This document shows positions 10,795-23,649 of a stretch of 64,000 nucleotides of DNA, piece by piece. A program made the translations under genes and the position numbers. The stretch's first letter is position 1; every line of letters begins with the position of its first letter. Below the pieces are notes generated by a model. The model worked only from the letters and a program-made list of their open reading frames with translations, was not told where the DNA came from and made no database searches. Origin of the DNA: Camelus ferus (lineage: Eukaryota); NCBI RefSeq assembly GCF_009834535.1, contig NC_045696.1, positions 99,326,001-99,390,000 on the forward strand, given 5' to 3'.

Positions 10795-13700
10795 AGTTTT
10801 CTCAGTTTCTAGCCATGAAGTCCCTAAGGAGATGGGGAGTGGGAAGCAGTACTATAACTAATTGAAACCTTTGCACACGGGCAATTCCACTAGATTTCAG
10901 AGACTGATGTGTTACAAATGGTGTAGAAATCTACTACACATAGTGTTGATACTTGTGTAGATTTTGGCTGATGAGTAGGTAACTCCTGGTGAGGGCAAAA
11001 TAAAGCATATAATTGACACGTTAAATTAATGTTATTTAAAATTTCTACCTGCTTAGTAGGAAAATTTCCATTTTGTCCAAAACAGAAGGAAAATGGTTTT
11101 GTAATTGTTTATTTGGAAAAGCTGAAAACTGTTTCTTTACTGCATTTCCATATTTATAACTCCAGCAAATAATTAATGTAACTAATTTGATTGCATGAAA
11201 AGTAATTCAATTTTATGATGTCTACAACAATTAAATTTATCAAGACCCATAAATTATGAAAATATAAAAAAAAATAGCAATGTGTGAAGTTTCAACTATG
11301 GAAAATGTTTTCATAAAAGGATTTTTTCGTATCTTAACTCAGATTATTTTATGATTTTATAATAAAACACTTGGTTTTTAGCTTAAAAATTGACATTTGG
11401 ATTTAACCTTTGGACAGTTCTATATAATGATAATGATATGTATTATTTACTTAAAATATTCTGGCTGTTCCTATTTATGGTACCAGTCATTTGGGGCCAC
11501 TAATCCAGAAATTTGTTTGCTCTCAATAAGTAAGATTAAAGGTCAAAGCTCTACATTTACGATAAAAAAGAAGATAGCCATAGAATTAACGTTTAATTCC
11601 CTAAACAATTATTGTATCCCTAAACAATTAGTTCACATGCTTTTCTGGTGTCTCCTAAATGAATGATTTTAAATATGACTAATAAGTAAATGGGGGGAAA
11701 AGACTACATTACTTAGGAATTTTATTAGGCTGTCAATTTAAATACTCATTCCTCAGGCAAAGTGCAACTTCACATTTAAATAAATGTATATTAAACACTT
11801 TAAATTGATAGCACCAACTCTTCCCTGGGGTATAAATCATTTAGACTTTTCTAGTACACTGTTGTAAAGCACGGCATTACACTACATTAATGTAGTATAT
11901 TAATATCTTTGATTATAAATTCACCATTAAGAAGTAAAAGTGTGTCTGATGTGTTTAATGAAGAAGACCAAAACGACTACACAAAGTAGCAAAATTATTA
12001 TTTTTTCTGTTACCTCAAAAAAATATTACTGTTTCAATATCAACTGTTTTAAGTTTTTTTAAGCCAATTATTAAAACAACAGAATCTCCAAATTTGCTCC
12101 ATTAAATGGTCTTTGATTTGCAGATCATTAACCAATTAAATTTGATTATTTATTCACACAAGAATTCACAATCCAAATGCAAGTGATTTTGTTCCCTTTC
12201 CTTAGTGTTGTTAGAATATAAACTATTTATTGTCACAGCACATCATTTTTGGAATATCAGAAAATCAAATTATGAGAGAAAGTTGAAATAAGATCTTCAA
12301 TCTGACATACTGTTCTTTTTCCTTGAAAGCACAGATTTTAAAATTTCAAATTATTCTGAACTGATTTGTTAGTTTCAAAGCTTTTCTGACACTAACATGT
12401 TTTAAATTGATAGGAACAGTATAGCACCAAATCATTCCTGGGGTGCAGGAATACACTTAACAAATTTAGCAACAGTGAACTCTTTACTGTATCATAGATA
12501 ACACTTACAGGGGTTGATAAGAACAAAGATGAAAATACCATCTAAAGATGAGCTAATTCCCTAAGTGAAAGCAAATTATTTGATTTTAACTTATTGCCTT
12601 TGAAGATTGAGGAAAATTACACTGTTTGTTTAAAATGTCACTGTATCAAAAAATAAAAATAAAATGTTACTGTATCATTTTCTGCTTGACCTTTAAAAAA
12701 TCCAGGTAAAGTGAATACTTAAAATGGGTGTGGAGATTGTTTATCCATTAATTTACCTAGATTATTTGTAATCAATAACATATTAGTATGTTAAGTGGAA
12801 GGATCACAGGTAAAGAAATTACAGATAAAATGCTCACAAACCTTTTAAGTGAGTTAAGTTCTACCAACATTATTTCTGTAAACCCTTTCATGGTCATAAA
12901 GATATACTGGCTCACCAAGTCTACTAAGTGTTTATCTCTAGTCTGACAGATAACCAGATAACCAAGCCTTCATTAATTAATATATCTGCCCAAGTTGGTT
13001 TTTTAAAGACATACCAATGAATTCAAATTAGTTTATGAAATGTTAGGCAAATCAAATTTAGATTCCCCCTACTTTGAATATCCACTTGTCTAGATTCTTC
13101 CCACCTGCTGTCATGTGTTAATTTTTTTTTAAAGCTTCATCTATTTGCAAAAAAAAGAAAGAAATTGGTATTGTCTTGTGTTGTTTCATCCTTAAAGCGA
13201 AACCATTTGCAAGAAAATTATAGGTCCCTAGTGTTGAGCTTCTTTGCATATTAATTTTGTTAGCCTTACCTCCTGTGGTCTTTAGTTCTGGAAGGCCTAT
13301 TAGATAATACACAAGATAAATTTTTCTCTTGTATCTCTGAGCGAGTAGAAAATACATCCATTTTTTCTTAAAACTGAAATTTGCAGTACTAGTCACGCAC
13401 ATTTTCCTCTATTTTACAAATAGAGATTTATTTAATTAAGCATGTTAAGCGCTGTAATAGTCAATATTAGTTATATTCCTGTAACTCAAGTTCCTGAAAA
13501 TATATATTAATGTGAAGTAAATATAAGTATTGCACAGTGTTCCCAACTAGTCAATGTCATATCATGAAATATGAATTTCGAATAAAAGCCTGAAATCATA
13601 AAGATTACTTTTTACTATAAATAAGTAATAGTTCAGACAAGTGTAGAAAAGCAAATCATTTGTGCATTTTGGAAATATAATGATATAAAAGTAATCTATT

Positions 13701-15689
13701 TTAGATGGAAATTATCAATTGCCAATGACACTGGTAAATGGGGATTTACTGAAAGAAGGACATATACTTATTGCTTTTTAAAGTTCCAGATGTTACTCCT
13801 TTCATTTCTCATTTTCTAACATCTCACTGCAACCTAGAATTGGCTTACACTGTTTAGGTTGATCTTATTTGAATGCTAATATATTGAAAAGTCCTAAATT
13901 TAATGTAGAGGTATTGAAACCAACTTAAGAATTTCAATATGACAATAAAAAGAGAATGTAAGAGAATGAAATAGTGCTCTCTGTTGGAATAAATAATTAA
14001 GAATAAAGAATATAGAGTGAGTTTGAGAAAGCTTTCCCTTTAAAAAAATTGGCACTACATTTTCAGTCAGAGCATCAAAACAGTGCCTATAAAGGCAAGA
14101 TGAACATTGCTAGGTGTTGAGAAGAGGTTCAGGGGCTTACAGTCTTTGAGAATTTTATAAAATTTCTGGATAATTTTACTTTTTGGAATTATTTCACTGT
14201 CATAGAAAGAAATCAATAAAAATGTTACCGAAGTCAGAAAAGTAATTCTTTTGCATATGTTATTTAAAACAAACCAATGATAATTTTATGCTAATGGAGA
14301 AAAGTTTTAGAAATTCACTAGAGTTTTACATTTGTTTTTTTTTTTAACATTATGAACTTATAGATATATGAGGGTCTAATACTAAGGAGAAATCAATGTG
14401 CTTTAATATTTAAATGATATATTCAATATTGACCATTTAAAAGAACTGGATTTATTATTAATAAAACTTCCTTCAGACTCTTAGAACTTTCTAAGAGTTG
14501 TCAGTCTGTATCCTTAGTAGGTCAAAGTGAAGAAAAAAGAAGAAATGGCCGGTGACCTAAACTTTTCTTCTGAATCTAGCATCATGTTACTCTTACCTTT
14601 TGAATGTGTTTTAAAATATTATATAGTATCAAAGCAAAAATTAAAATGGATTTTACATTATATGAAATCACATTTCAAAAAGCCAATAAAATATTTTGAT
14701 GGCAACCAGGAAACCCTACTTCTATACCTAAAACATATAGGCTTTTTATTCATCTTGAGTGGAAATATTACAGAACATACATTTATCAGAGATAAACTAA
14801 AATGTAGACTACAGAAATATGTTTAAATGAAATTCTCATTTTAATTAGGTGTTAGGATTAAATGTTAAGGCAAATATAAGCCAAACACTTTAGGAATGAA
14901 AATTACCACCTCTTTGGGTCTAAACTTTTAATATGTTTTGTTTTCTTGCTATCAAAATATGTTTTGTTTTCCATTATAAAGCTCAAGGATATTAAAATTA
15001 TAATAGCAGTTTAATAATATGTTCTTCTATGCTTCCTAATTTTATTGCTTTGTTTATGTAACTATTGAAGAAAGCATTATCCAACAAAATGATTTTAACC
15101 TTTATGTATCTGATCAAAGTATGGAAGTCTGAAAGTGAGGCCATCTTATTAGGAATAGTCTTAAAAATGTTGTACAGGTTTATTTAGCTTTCTGGCTGGT
15201 GTCTTATAATAACAAAAATGTTGGAAGAATAAAGTAGAGACTGACATATCGTGATGTATTCCCCTAAGAAGAATGGTGACCACAGTCCTCACTACTTTGA
15301 CTTCTTCCACTGCAGTTACGCTTCAAGGCAGCAAATTATTTTGCAATGCTAAATTAATTTAGAGTCCTTAATTCATTTGCTTTCTCATTGATTCTAACAC
15401 TGGGGGAAATGCATGAAATATGTGATATGATCCCTTGGTTTCTGTTACTAAGGAATATGTGTATTTTGGATACATAGAAAGATAACCTTTGCAAATCTGT
15501 TTTTATATGTAAATATTTGTTTTATTTAAATTTAAAAATTACTCATTTTTAATTCAGTTATTTGCTGCACTAAAGCATATGCTTCTTGGTTTGTTATCCT
15601 AAGAAAACTAAAATTCTGCATGTTATCAGGTTTCCTCAAATTTTACAGTAACTGTGATGCTCTGATTCTCTTCTGAGCCACTCCTTATA

Positions 15690-15950
15690 AATCATGCTCA
15701 GTCCTAACTGTTTTCATTATGCTCTATGTGTTTGAAAATTTCTCTCTTGTCTCTCCAAAACTAAGTCACGTGCTTTCCTCAATGCCCAGCTCAAGGCAGT
15801 CTTCACTAACCCCTCACCACCTTTCTCTTTGGTGCATACAGATGTTATGACTATTTGAATGCTGTTCATTGGTATTGGGTAGGTGTTTTATCTGTTCAGA
15901 CCTTATCTCCTCAATTTAAATGTGTGTGTCTTGACAATAAGGACATGGTC
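15690..15950 (+). mobile_element. Degraded L2 3' region
   Basis: cccagctcaaggc..., cttatctcctcaatttaaatgtg...gacaataaggacatggtc resemble the L2 3' region. Confidence 0.5.
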
Positions 15951-17233
15951 ATAAGACCTTTAGGTAACAGAGCTTAAAAGGAAGACTCGTATTTCCTATT
16001 TTTGCTGTCTAGTTTTTTTTCACTTTATCGTGATCTATGATATTATGGTGGCAATAAAAATGTTTTTTTGAACATCCGTTACTAATTCACTCAGGTTTAA
16101 ATGTTAAACATCCAACCAAAATTAAAATGTATCAGCAGGCATATATGTCAAAAGAGGTAAATCCTTTGTTGCGTTTGTGGCAGCTACTAGAAGTTTACAA
16201 AGTGCCTTGAATGAAGAACTCAAGAAACTTGAATAAGTCTTCTATTTATTATTGCCACAATGCCTAAGAAAAGTCTGGACATAAAAAATGTTAAAAAATT
16301 ATTAAGACCAATGTGGTTATTAGTTCATTTATGGTACCTTATTACCATATATTTCACTTGTTTTTAAAAAGTGAAAAAATTAGATTACTTATCTCAACAA
16401 TTATGTATCTATACTTGATTTACTTTTATATAGCATATGTATGTCTTTCAGGAATATTTAAAAATCATTAGATATGTATTGATTTGGAGTATTAGCATTG
16501 TATTAAAAATAAATTATCAGCTAAATCTATAATTCAGATTGTAGAAAAATATAAGATAATGCTAATATTTCTACCCTTGAAATTAGTATAATTAAAATTC
16601 GGTTTTACTGAACATATTTACATTATACATTTTTTCTCTTAAAATATAAATGAATAAATTTAAACAGCTCTTCTCACCATAAGTGATTAGAAAACTATTA
16701 TTTCATTCTATGCTGTGTAGATACTATAACTTTAAGTGAGAAAAGTCTTGAAAAGGAAAAGATGTATCAGCTTTCTCTTCCTCAGTGAGATTCAGTTTTG
16801 ATTATTCTTGGACTTTAGAAGGTCCATTTCAAGATATTTTCTTTCTTTCTCTCATTATAATCCTCTTAAAATATAATTAATTTCCTTAGACTGTAGGAAA
16901 GCTGTCAGGGTTCTTTATATTTTATAAACAAAGAGATTCCATTCTCTCTCTACCATAGGAAAGCAAGGACGATAGATGCTGAAATCAGGAAATGGAAAAA
17001 TGCAGTAAATGGGATAGATGCTGTGCAGAAAAAGGAACAAGGCTGCCAGATGTAGTTCAATGAAACAGCCACTCAGAAGTGTCCACATGAGGACACTTCC
17101 CTCAAATGATGTACTTCCACTAGAAACACGTTCAGCTGACACGCGTTGCTCTCAATCTTCACTTGATCAATTTGTTCTTGGGGTTTTAAGTGACTTGAAT
17201 GTGTTTTTAAGTTGCTTTCAGTGTTGGACTCTT

Positions 17234-17284
17234 TTTTTTTTTTTTTATCTATCTAGTGCTTGAGTTTTTTAAAGTTTACCTTTA
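17234..17284 (-). mobile_element. Orphan poly(A)-tailed retroposed insertion with 16-bp TSD
   Basis: tcagtgttggactctt at 17218-17233 and 17285-17300 flanks a poly(T) run plus 38 nt of unidentified sequence. Confidence 0.8.
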
Positions 17285-18941
17285 TCAGTGTTGGACTCTT
17301 AAACACATTCATGCATTGAACAGTTAAAATTGCCAGTGATAAAATATTTCCAGTTGATCTGTGATGTTTTATTTTAAATTTACTAAATATATGCTTAAAA
17401 GAGTTACTAAAAATGATATCAAACATTAATTTTGTGAGCTTTGAAGTGGTAGAAAGGGTTTAATCATATATTCTTGGCCATATTTACAAACAAAAATTAT
17501 TTTAAGTATGTGACTTAAAAATTTCATTTGTTGGCCTGAACAAATATTCTTTCACATGTAATTTGTAATTATGTTTTATGAAGGCATGGGTGCACAAGTA
17601 GCAGGCGGTCGGGATTAGGGAGAAAACTGTTTCCTCTCTAGATTAATAGCTGGAAGCATAAGAAAGTGTAACAGCATCTTTCTCCTCTAACTTTTCACTT
17701 CCTTCTCCAAAGAATTTTTTTATGGAATAGTATAGAATAGCATTTACCTTTCCCCCACTATCCTACTACAATATCTCCAATATTAGCAAAACATGCTTTC
17801 GTAAATTTTATGCTTTAATAAGACATTTATGGAACAGAAGGAAGAGTCTTTGTAACCCACGTTACACACATGAACTAATGTTTGATATGAAGACTTCATA
17901 CCATCACTAGGAAACCGCAGCTGACCTCTGTTCCCTGAAAAACTCACATTCCTCACATGCAAAAGCCAAAAGCTTCCAGATCTTAAATAAGTCATTTGAC
18001 AACATGGAACTCTGATGTAACTATCCAAAATCCTCTATGAAGGTCAGCGGCTTGGAGTACTATAAAGGTGAAAGGCTAGGAAAGCCATACCAGAGCTAGA
18101 GGTGCACAGAAGGGGGGCGTCTGGAGAAGAGATGTTTCTGAAACTTGTTTCGGAGCTTACAGTGCACACTACTCACTCCTCGGCAAGACTGGTCCTGACG
18201 TGGCTTCCAGGAGACACCAGCTCGTGGTTTCCCATGGACACCTACTCCATCACATTACATCAGTGCTTACAATTTGGAGAAGAAGGTAGAATTCCTGGAT
18301 TGCATGAATATGGGAATGTCTTACTTAGGTTTTAGTAATTAGGGTGACCCAAGTACTAAAAGGCCACATATTTCTGGAATGAAACTGATATAACTCCAAT
18401 CAGGATCCTCAGTAAAAGAAACCTATTATTTGAGATCAGCTGGCCATAATATATGTGGTGATTTCATTTTCTTTTGCTTATTATTTCATGAACTATGGGT
18501 CATTGGATACTTCAACATTATTTTTGAAAACCTGCAATGTGTAAAAGTTGAGGTAGTCACAGAGGGATAGAAAGATACACATGCCATAACATTTGTCCAT
18601 TTAATATCTAATTTGGAAGATAAAGCCAAAATATAAGAAAAGTTTAAAAATAATATAAACAATTCACAGTACAAAAATAAATACACAGAGAAATTACAAG
18701 GTAACACATGATAAGTTTGGAAATCAATGAATACTCTTTATGGTTTACATAGTACCCTGACCACTAACCAAAAAAAAAAAAAAAGTTTATTCTATGTGTT
18801 AATAAAATAAAATGCTAGATTTTAGATTGATATTCAGAGACTGAGCCCATGATCACTTCTAGGTTCTGATTGCCAGTTACTCCTGGCTAGTCATTTATAG
18901 CAATAGGACGAACTTTGGCAAACGTAGAGTTTGTCTTTGCA

Positions 18942-20200
18942 ATCATTTATTCACTCAACAAATATTCTTTGAGAGCTTACAGTGCAAATGGAAATGGAAC
19001 TGAATAAGACGTATAGGGTTCCTCCTTCTTGGAACTTGCCATCTAGTAGAGAAGAAAGATGTGGAAGAGTTAATTTCAAGTGTAATCAGTGTTACAGAGA
19101 GAGCTGTACACGATGCTATGTAAGCATATGCCAAGACCTAATCTAGTCTGAAGGCATTAGAGAAAAGAAATGCCTTTTAAATCAAGACCAAATAGTAGGA
19201 AACTTTTAGTCAGGCATATGGAGGTGTTGCCAATAGATGCAACCGGTGTTCCAGGTTCTTGTCCCGTCCCAGAAAGAATTCAGAGACAAGACTTAGAGGT
19301 TAAAAAGGTAAAGTGAGGCTTTATTAAAAGATGGATAGTACACTCTCAGGGGAGAGCGGGCAGGCTCAGGTGAGCGGCTGCCCTGAGTTCTTTGGCAAGT
19401 TAGTTACATAGCGTGTAAAAATGAATGGGCGGAATATTCATTGGGGAGGGAAGGGTTTGGGGTCGTATTCCCTGATTATCATCCCAACTCCACCTTCCCA
19501 AAGGGAGGAGGGATTTTTGTCCTTATTTAGTCTGGATCAGAAGTGTCATGGCGTCGCTGCATGATGGGTACTTCTGATCTGCAAGGCTAATTTTATTGAA
19601 ATGAGGGCATAATGAGCAAAAGGTTACATTCGGACACTAGAAATTCCTGCCACTTGGTCTGTGTCCCCCTTTCTCTGCTCATATCTAGCTATCTGCCTGC
19701 TCTAACAGAGGCAGGGAGAAGTAAGTGGATTTGAGGGATGTTTAAGAGACATAAATGACAAAGCTTAACTAATCTCATGCTTGAAGTACGACCACTCAGT
19801 CCTCTGCCTAAATAATTAAATGGATGATAGTTTTGCATTTACAAATAAGGAGCCTAGAGAGAGAGGATCAAATTTGGAGTAAGGTAGAGGTAGTTAAAGA
19901 AAGGGAATGATGCGTTCCCTACTTGAGATGTGAAATTTCCACGTAGTAATAGTTCAGTAGGTGGTTAACTTGGGATCGTGAGGTCACAGAGTGGTTTGGG
20001 CTGGCTGTATGTGCTTGGGGTCATTGCTCCATAGTACAGAGTCCCCCAAAGTGACAACGTTATAAAAGAAGGGAGAGGCAGTGAGAGAGCATGAAAGGGA
20101 CAGAGGAAAAGAAAGGGAAGGAAGTTTTGAAGACAGGAATGCTCAGCTGTAAGAAATATCCAGGAAGGTCCAATAAATAAGTATTGAAAAGATTCTATAT
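18942..20200 (-). mobile_element. L2 relic interrupted by a solo LTR
   Basis: Antisense L2 tail tcatttattcactcaacaaatatt and cttggaacttgccatctagt. L2-like purine-rich sequence resumes after 19711. Confidence 0.65.
19225..19707 (-). mobile_element. ERV1-class solo LTR (483 bp)
   Basis: TGTT...AACA termini, perfect 4-bp TSD GAGG (19221-19224, 19708-19711), minus-strand AATAAA near 19320, several intact CpGs. Confidence 0.9.
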
Positions 20201-20212
20201 TACTTCATAGAC

Positions 20213-20667
20213 TGTACTCGTTCAGTTCTCTGTGGTAATAACCACCCCAAAACATTGTGGCTTAAGGCAATCGTTTATTATTATCTTTCATGGTTTGGAG
20301 TGAATTGGGCTCAGCTGCTGAGGCCGGAATTGTCCGATGGGACAGGACAGCACACGTAGCATCTTCCCCCGCGTGGCTGGTGCCGCCATGCGCCTCCGCG
20401 GGGCCCCTGTCCCCCACGTACAGCCTGTGCATCTTACTGGGCAGCTCAGGGCGCTGAGAGAAAGGAAGCGGAAACTGCCCCGGGAGAGAAGGACGATAGG
20501 ACACAGTGTTACTTTTGCATCTTAGGGCTGCCTGGATTCATGGGTTTGGGGGAGGGCTGTGAAAAAATACAATTTTCTTGATGGGGTAGTAACAGCATCT
20601 TATTGCAGAAGAACGTGTGTGATTGGAGATACTGTTGTGACTATTTTGGAAAGTCCATTCTGCTATA
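20213..20667 (-). mobile_element. Old MaLR LTR (MLT1K/L-like)
   Basis: taaccaccccaaaac..gtggcttaa..caa, tgggctcagctg and terminal ggagatactgttgtgactattttggaaa..ctgctata match remembered MLT1 motifs. Confidence 0.7.
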
Positions 20668-20719
20668 AGTAAACGATTACACTATCTTTACTGCGTATTC
20701 TGTAGAATGTGATGGAGTA

Positions 20720-20850
20720 GAGACTTTATATACATTATCTCCATAGCTTATGGCAAGGTTTTTGAGGTAGATTTTGTTATCCTAGTATTAGTAGGTGAGA
20801 AAACTAGCTAAATGTGGCTAAAACACTCGTTCAACGTATCACGGCTGAAA
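20720..20850 (-). mobile_element. MIR relic
   Basis: gaggtagattttgttatcct...aggtgagaaaact. Confidence 0.6.
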
Positions 20851-20989
20851 AAAAAATAGCAAATGCCTTCTTAGTGATGACTTCTTACATTTAGTAGATG
20901 ACTGGACTTAAACGGTGCTTTTCTGTAATTATTTTTAAAGTGGTAATTACTAAGAAATAATTATCTTGTCAGTGGAAAACATTTATTTA

Positions 20990-21086
20990 AGAAGAAGGAG
21001 AAGAAAGAAAAGGAGGAGGGGGAAGAGGTGGTGAAGGAGGAGGAGGATGTGGGGGAGAAGGTGAGAGAGCTAGAGGAAGGAAAGAA
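20990..21086. repeat. Purine-rich (GA) low-complexity tract
   Basis: Almost entirely A/G over ~95 bp. Confidence 0.85.
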
Positions 21087-22641
21087 CCGGACACTATGGG
21101 GACAGCAAGTTGCAAGTTCTGTTTCTCCTACATCTCTAGTGCCTAGGCTGGTGCTTAATACCTATTTGTTAAGTGATTTTTAAAGGTATTTAACTATTCC
21201 CATTTTTTGAAAATTATAATTAATATGCCAAGTAATATCTTTCTGTATGATACTTTTCCTTGAACTGTTGCTTATTGAAAATTTTTGTGAGCATATGGCT
21301 AATTAATGTACACTTCGTAACTGCCATCACCACCACCATCATCATCCAGTGCATTAAGTTACTACCTTCTGGCATCATTGAGATGCAGATCTTATCCTCA
21401 AAATGCTCATTGTTTCAAAGGAAGCAGAAGCATATAAAGACATTAAGAATCCCCCTAAATGTACACGCCAATCTGGAATACTTAGGTTACAAATCAAGTG
21501 TGAAATGTATATATAAAAATATAAGGAGTGTATCAGGAATTTTATGTTTTAAAAAAAGTTCCAGAAAATCTTTTGGTTCGTATGAGAACGTTTCATAGGA
21601 TTTCACTGATTCTTTGAATAAGGAAGACTTATTTAAATAAGGAAGAATCCGTGGTCATCTGCAGGAATATGCCCTGTGCTCTGTTATTTCTGAGATTCCT
21701 GGAAGGCAAGAATGAAGAGTGCAGACCACAGGTGCAAGGAATTGCTAAGAGGACACTGAGCATTTGTGAACAAAACTTCTGTTGCTCGCTTCAGTGCCAG
21801 CAGGCAGGACCTTTTGAATGTTGCCCTTTTCCTTTTTCAGTTTTTTCTCTTTTGCTCTTCTGTGTGATCTCCTGAACTTGACAATCACTGTGCAGGCATC
21901 CCGCCCAGTACCTAAAGTGCTAGCTAAACTCAGTGAAAAGTATTTAGGGACTGGTTGTAGAATCCCTGGTGACTTAGGGACTGCTGAACTTTCTACTGTT
22001 TCTAAGAGGACAAATTGCTTTGAACAAGCACAATTCAGCTGTACGGAAGGGCCTGAGATGAAAGTGTTTCTGGTTCCGCTCTGCTATGATGGTTAATATC
22101 TTGACCGCTGATCATTTGTGAAAGACTTTAATAGTTAGAAATGGTAAGCCTGAGTTTTTAAAATCATAGAGATCAATGTAAAGTCTAGAATTTGGGTACT
22201 AATAAAGGCATCAGGATATTTTTATTTTGAAGAGATCTGGTCAAAGGAATTCAGTTGACTTCAGGGTCACCATAAACTAACACAGTAAACCCTTTACCAC
22301 CACCAACAGCAAGATTGACAGAATTTAAAGATTCTTTTTATCAAAAGTTAAATACACAGTGTCTGGAACAAGGAAAGAAATAGAATCACTATACCCATTC
22401 TAACTATACCTGGGTTACTGAATTTAGTTCTGAGCATTGTATTTTATAAGAAGAAGGCTCTTGATATAAGAAATGTCTAAATATTATTTCAAATGATAAA
22501 TATTAGAAATTACTGGAGGAAAGACAAGAAAGTATTAAAAAGAAAAGGCATAATATTCAAACTTTCCTGGAGTTATCGGGTGGGGAAATCAAGGTTCAGC
22601 AATGTAGATTAATTTCCTTGTCTGCTAGTGAGGAAACCTGT

Positions 22642-22782
22642 ATTCATTCATTCATTCACTCATTCACTCATTCATTTATTGAGTAGTTATTGAGCTCCGC
22701 TGTGTGCCAAGCATTGCACTGGGTGCTGCAGATATGGAAGGAAACAAAACACAAAAATATCTCTTCATGGAGCATCCATTGC
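22642..22782 (-). mobile_element. L2 3' end with (TTCA)n tail
   Basis: attcattcattcattcactc..., ttattgagctccgctgtgtgccaagcattgcactgggtgctg. Confidence 0.9.
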
Positions 22783-23649
22783 TTTTTTTGCATCTTGAAA
22801 TGTAAAAGGTCACAGTAGATTACTATTCTAACTTTAAAGCTAAAAATCTCAGCAGTATTTTGGTTAAGACCATCATTGGCTACAAAAATGATGTGGAAGC
22901 TCTTTATATGGGGTTTTCAATTCCTGCTACGTGGACACTTCAGCTGCCTTTAAAATTAAAGGCAGCATAGAACACATGATTCCATCATCTGGATAAGTAA
23001 CTAAAGGGAAAAAAAAAACCACATTGTGAACTTTACTCAACAAAGGCTAACAAAAATATTGAGTCTGTAGAGGTTCATCTGAAATCAGACAATCCACCTT
23101 TCTCAAACTTTGATTTCAACTTTCACATGTGCATTCACACCATGTATTGTATGGGTCAGTGGGCTGAAACCACATGGTTTTTAAGGTAGTTAATATTATC
23201 AAAGGAGCATCTGGAGGATGTTCAAGGTTAATGAGAATTCCATTCTTGAACATTTCATTGAACATTGGGAGTTCCTTTTAAGCTGTCTAGATTCAGTAAG
23301 CTATCATTTTTTATCAATATGAGCTAAAATTTTGCTTACTATATTGACATTCTTCTTTTTCACAAAAAATGTCAGAAATGAATAAATAGCACTCTCAAGG
23401 ATTCCTCCTTTAATATTTGAAAGGATGTAGACTTATATGCAACCCAGCCATATATACATATGTGGATAACATAATAAACAGTTATGCAAATATGGTCTCA
23501 AAGTAGTTTTCTATGAAACACAGATGTTTGATTGTATTGCAGCATTATTAACTTAAGTGAAGCGTATTTAAAATTGTCTCTTTTTTTGAGAAATATTTCT
23601 TATGCTCAGTGTTATCTTTTCATTTTGTTTCATGAGAAAGTTTGCTGCA

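Noticed and set aside
11598..11630. 14-bp direct repeat tccctaaacaatta (and 13-bp aattgattgtcca repeat at 8471/8514)
   Set aside because: Only two copies with no array or tail. An ordinary local duplication, not CRISPR-like.
13270..13296. 27-nt minus-strand microexon candidate (GLPELKTTG) with GAG|GTAAGG donor
   Set aside because: Weak pyrimidine tract, unrecognised peptide and no further support.
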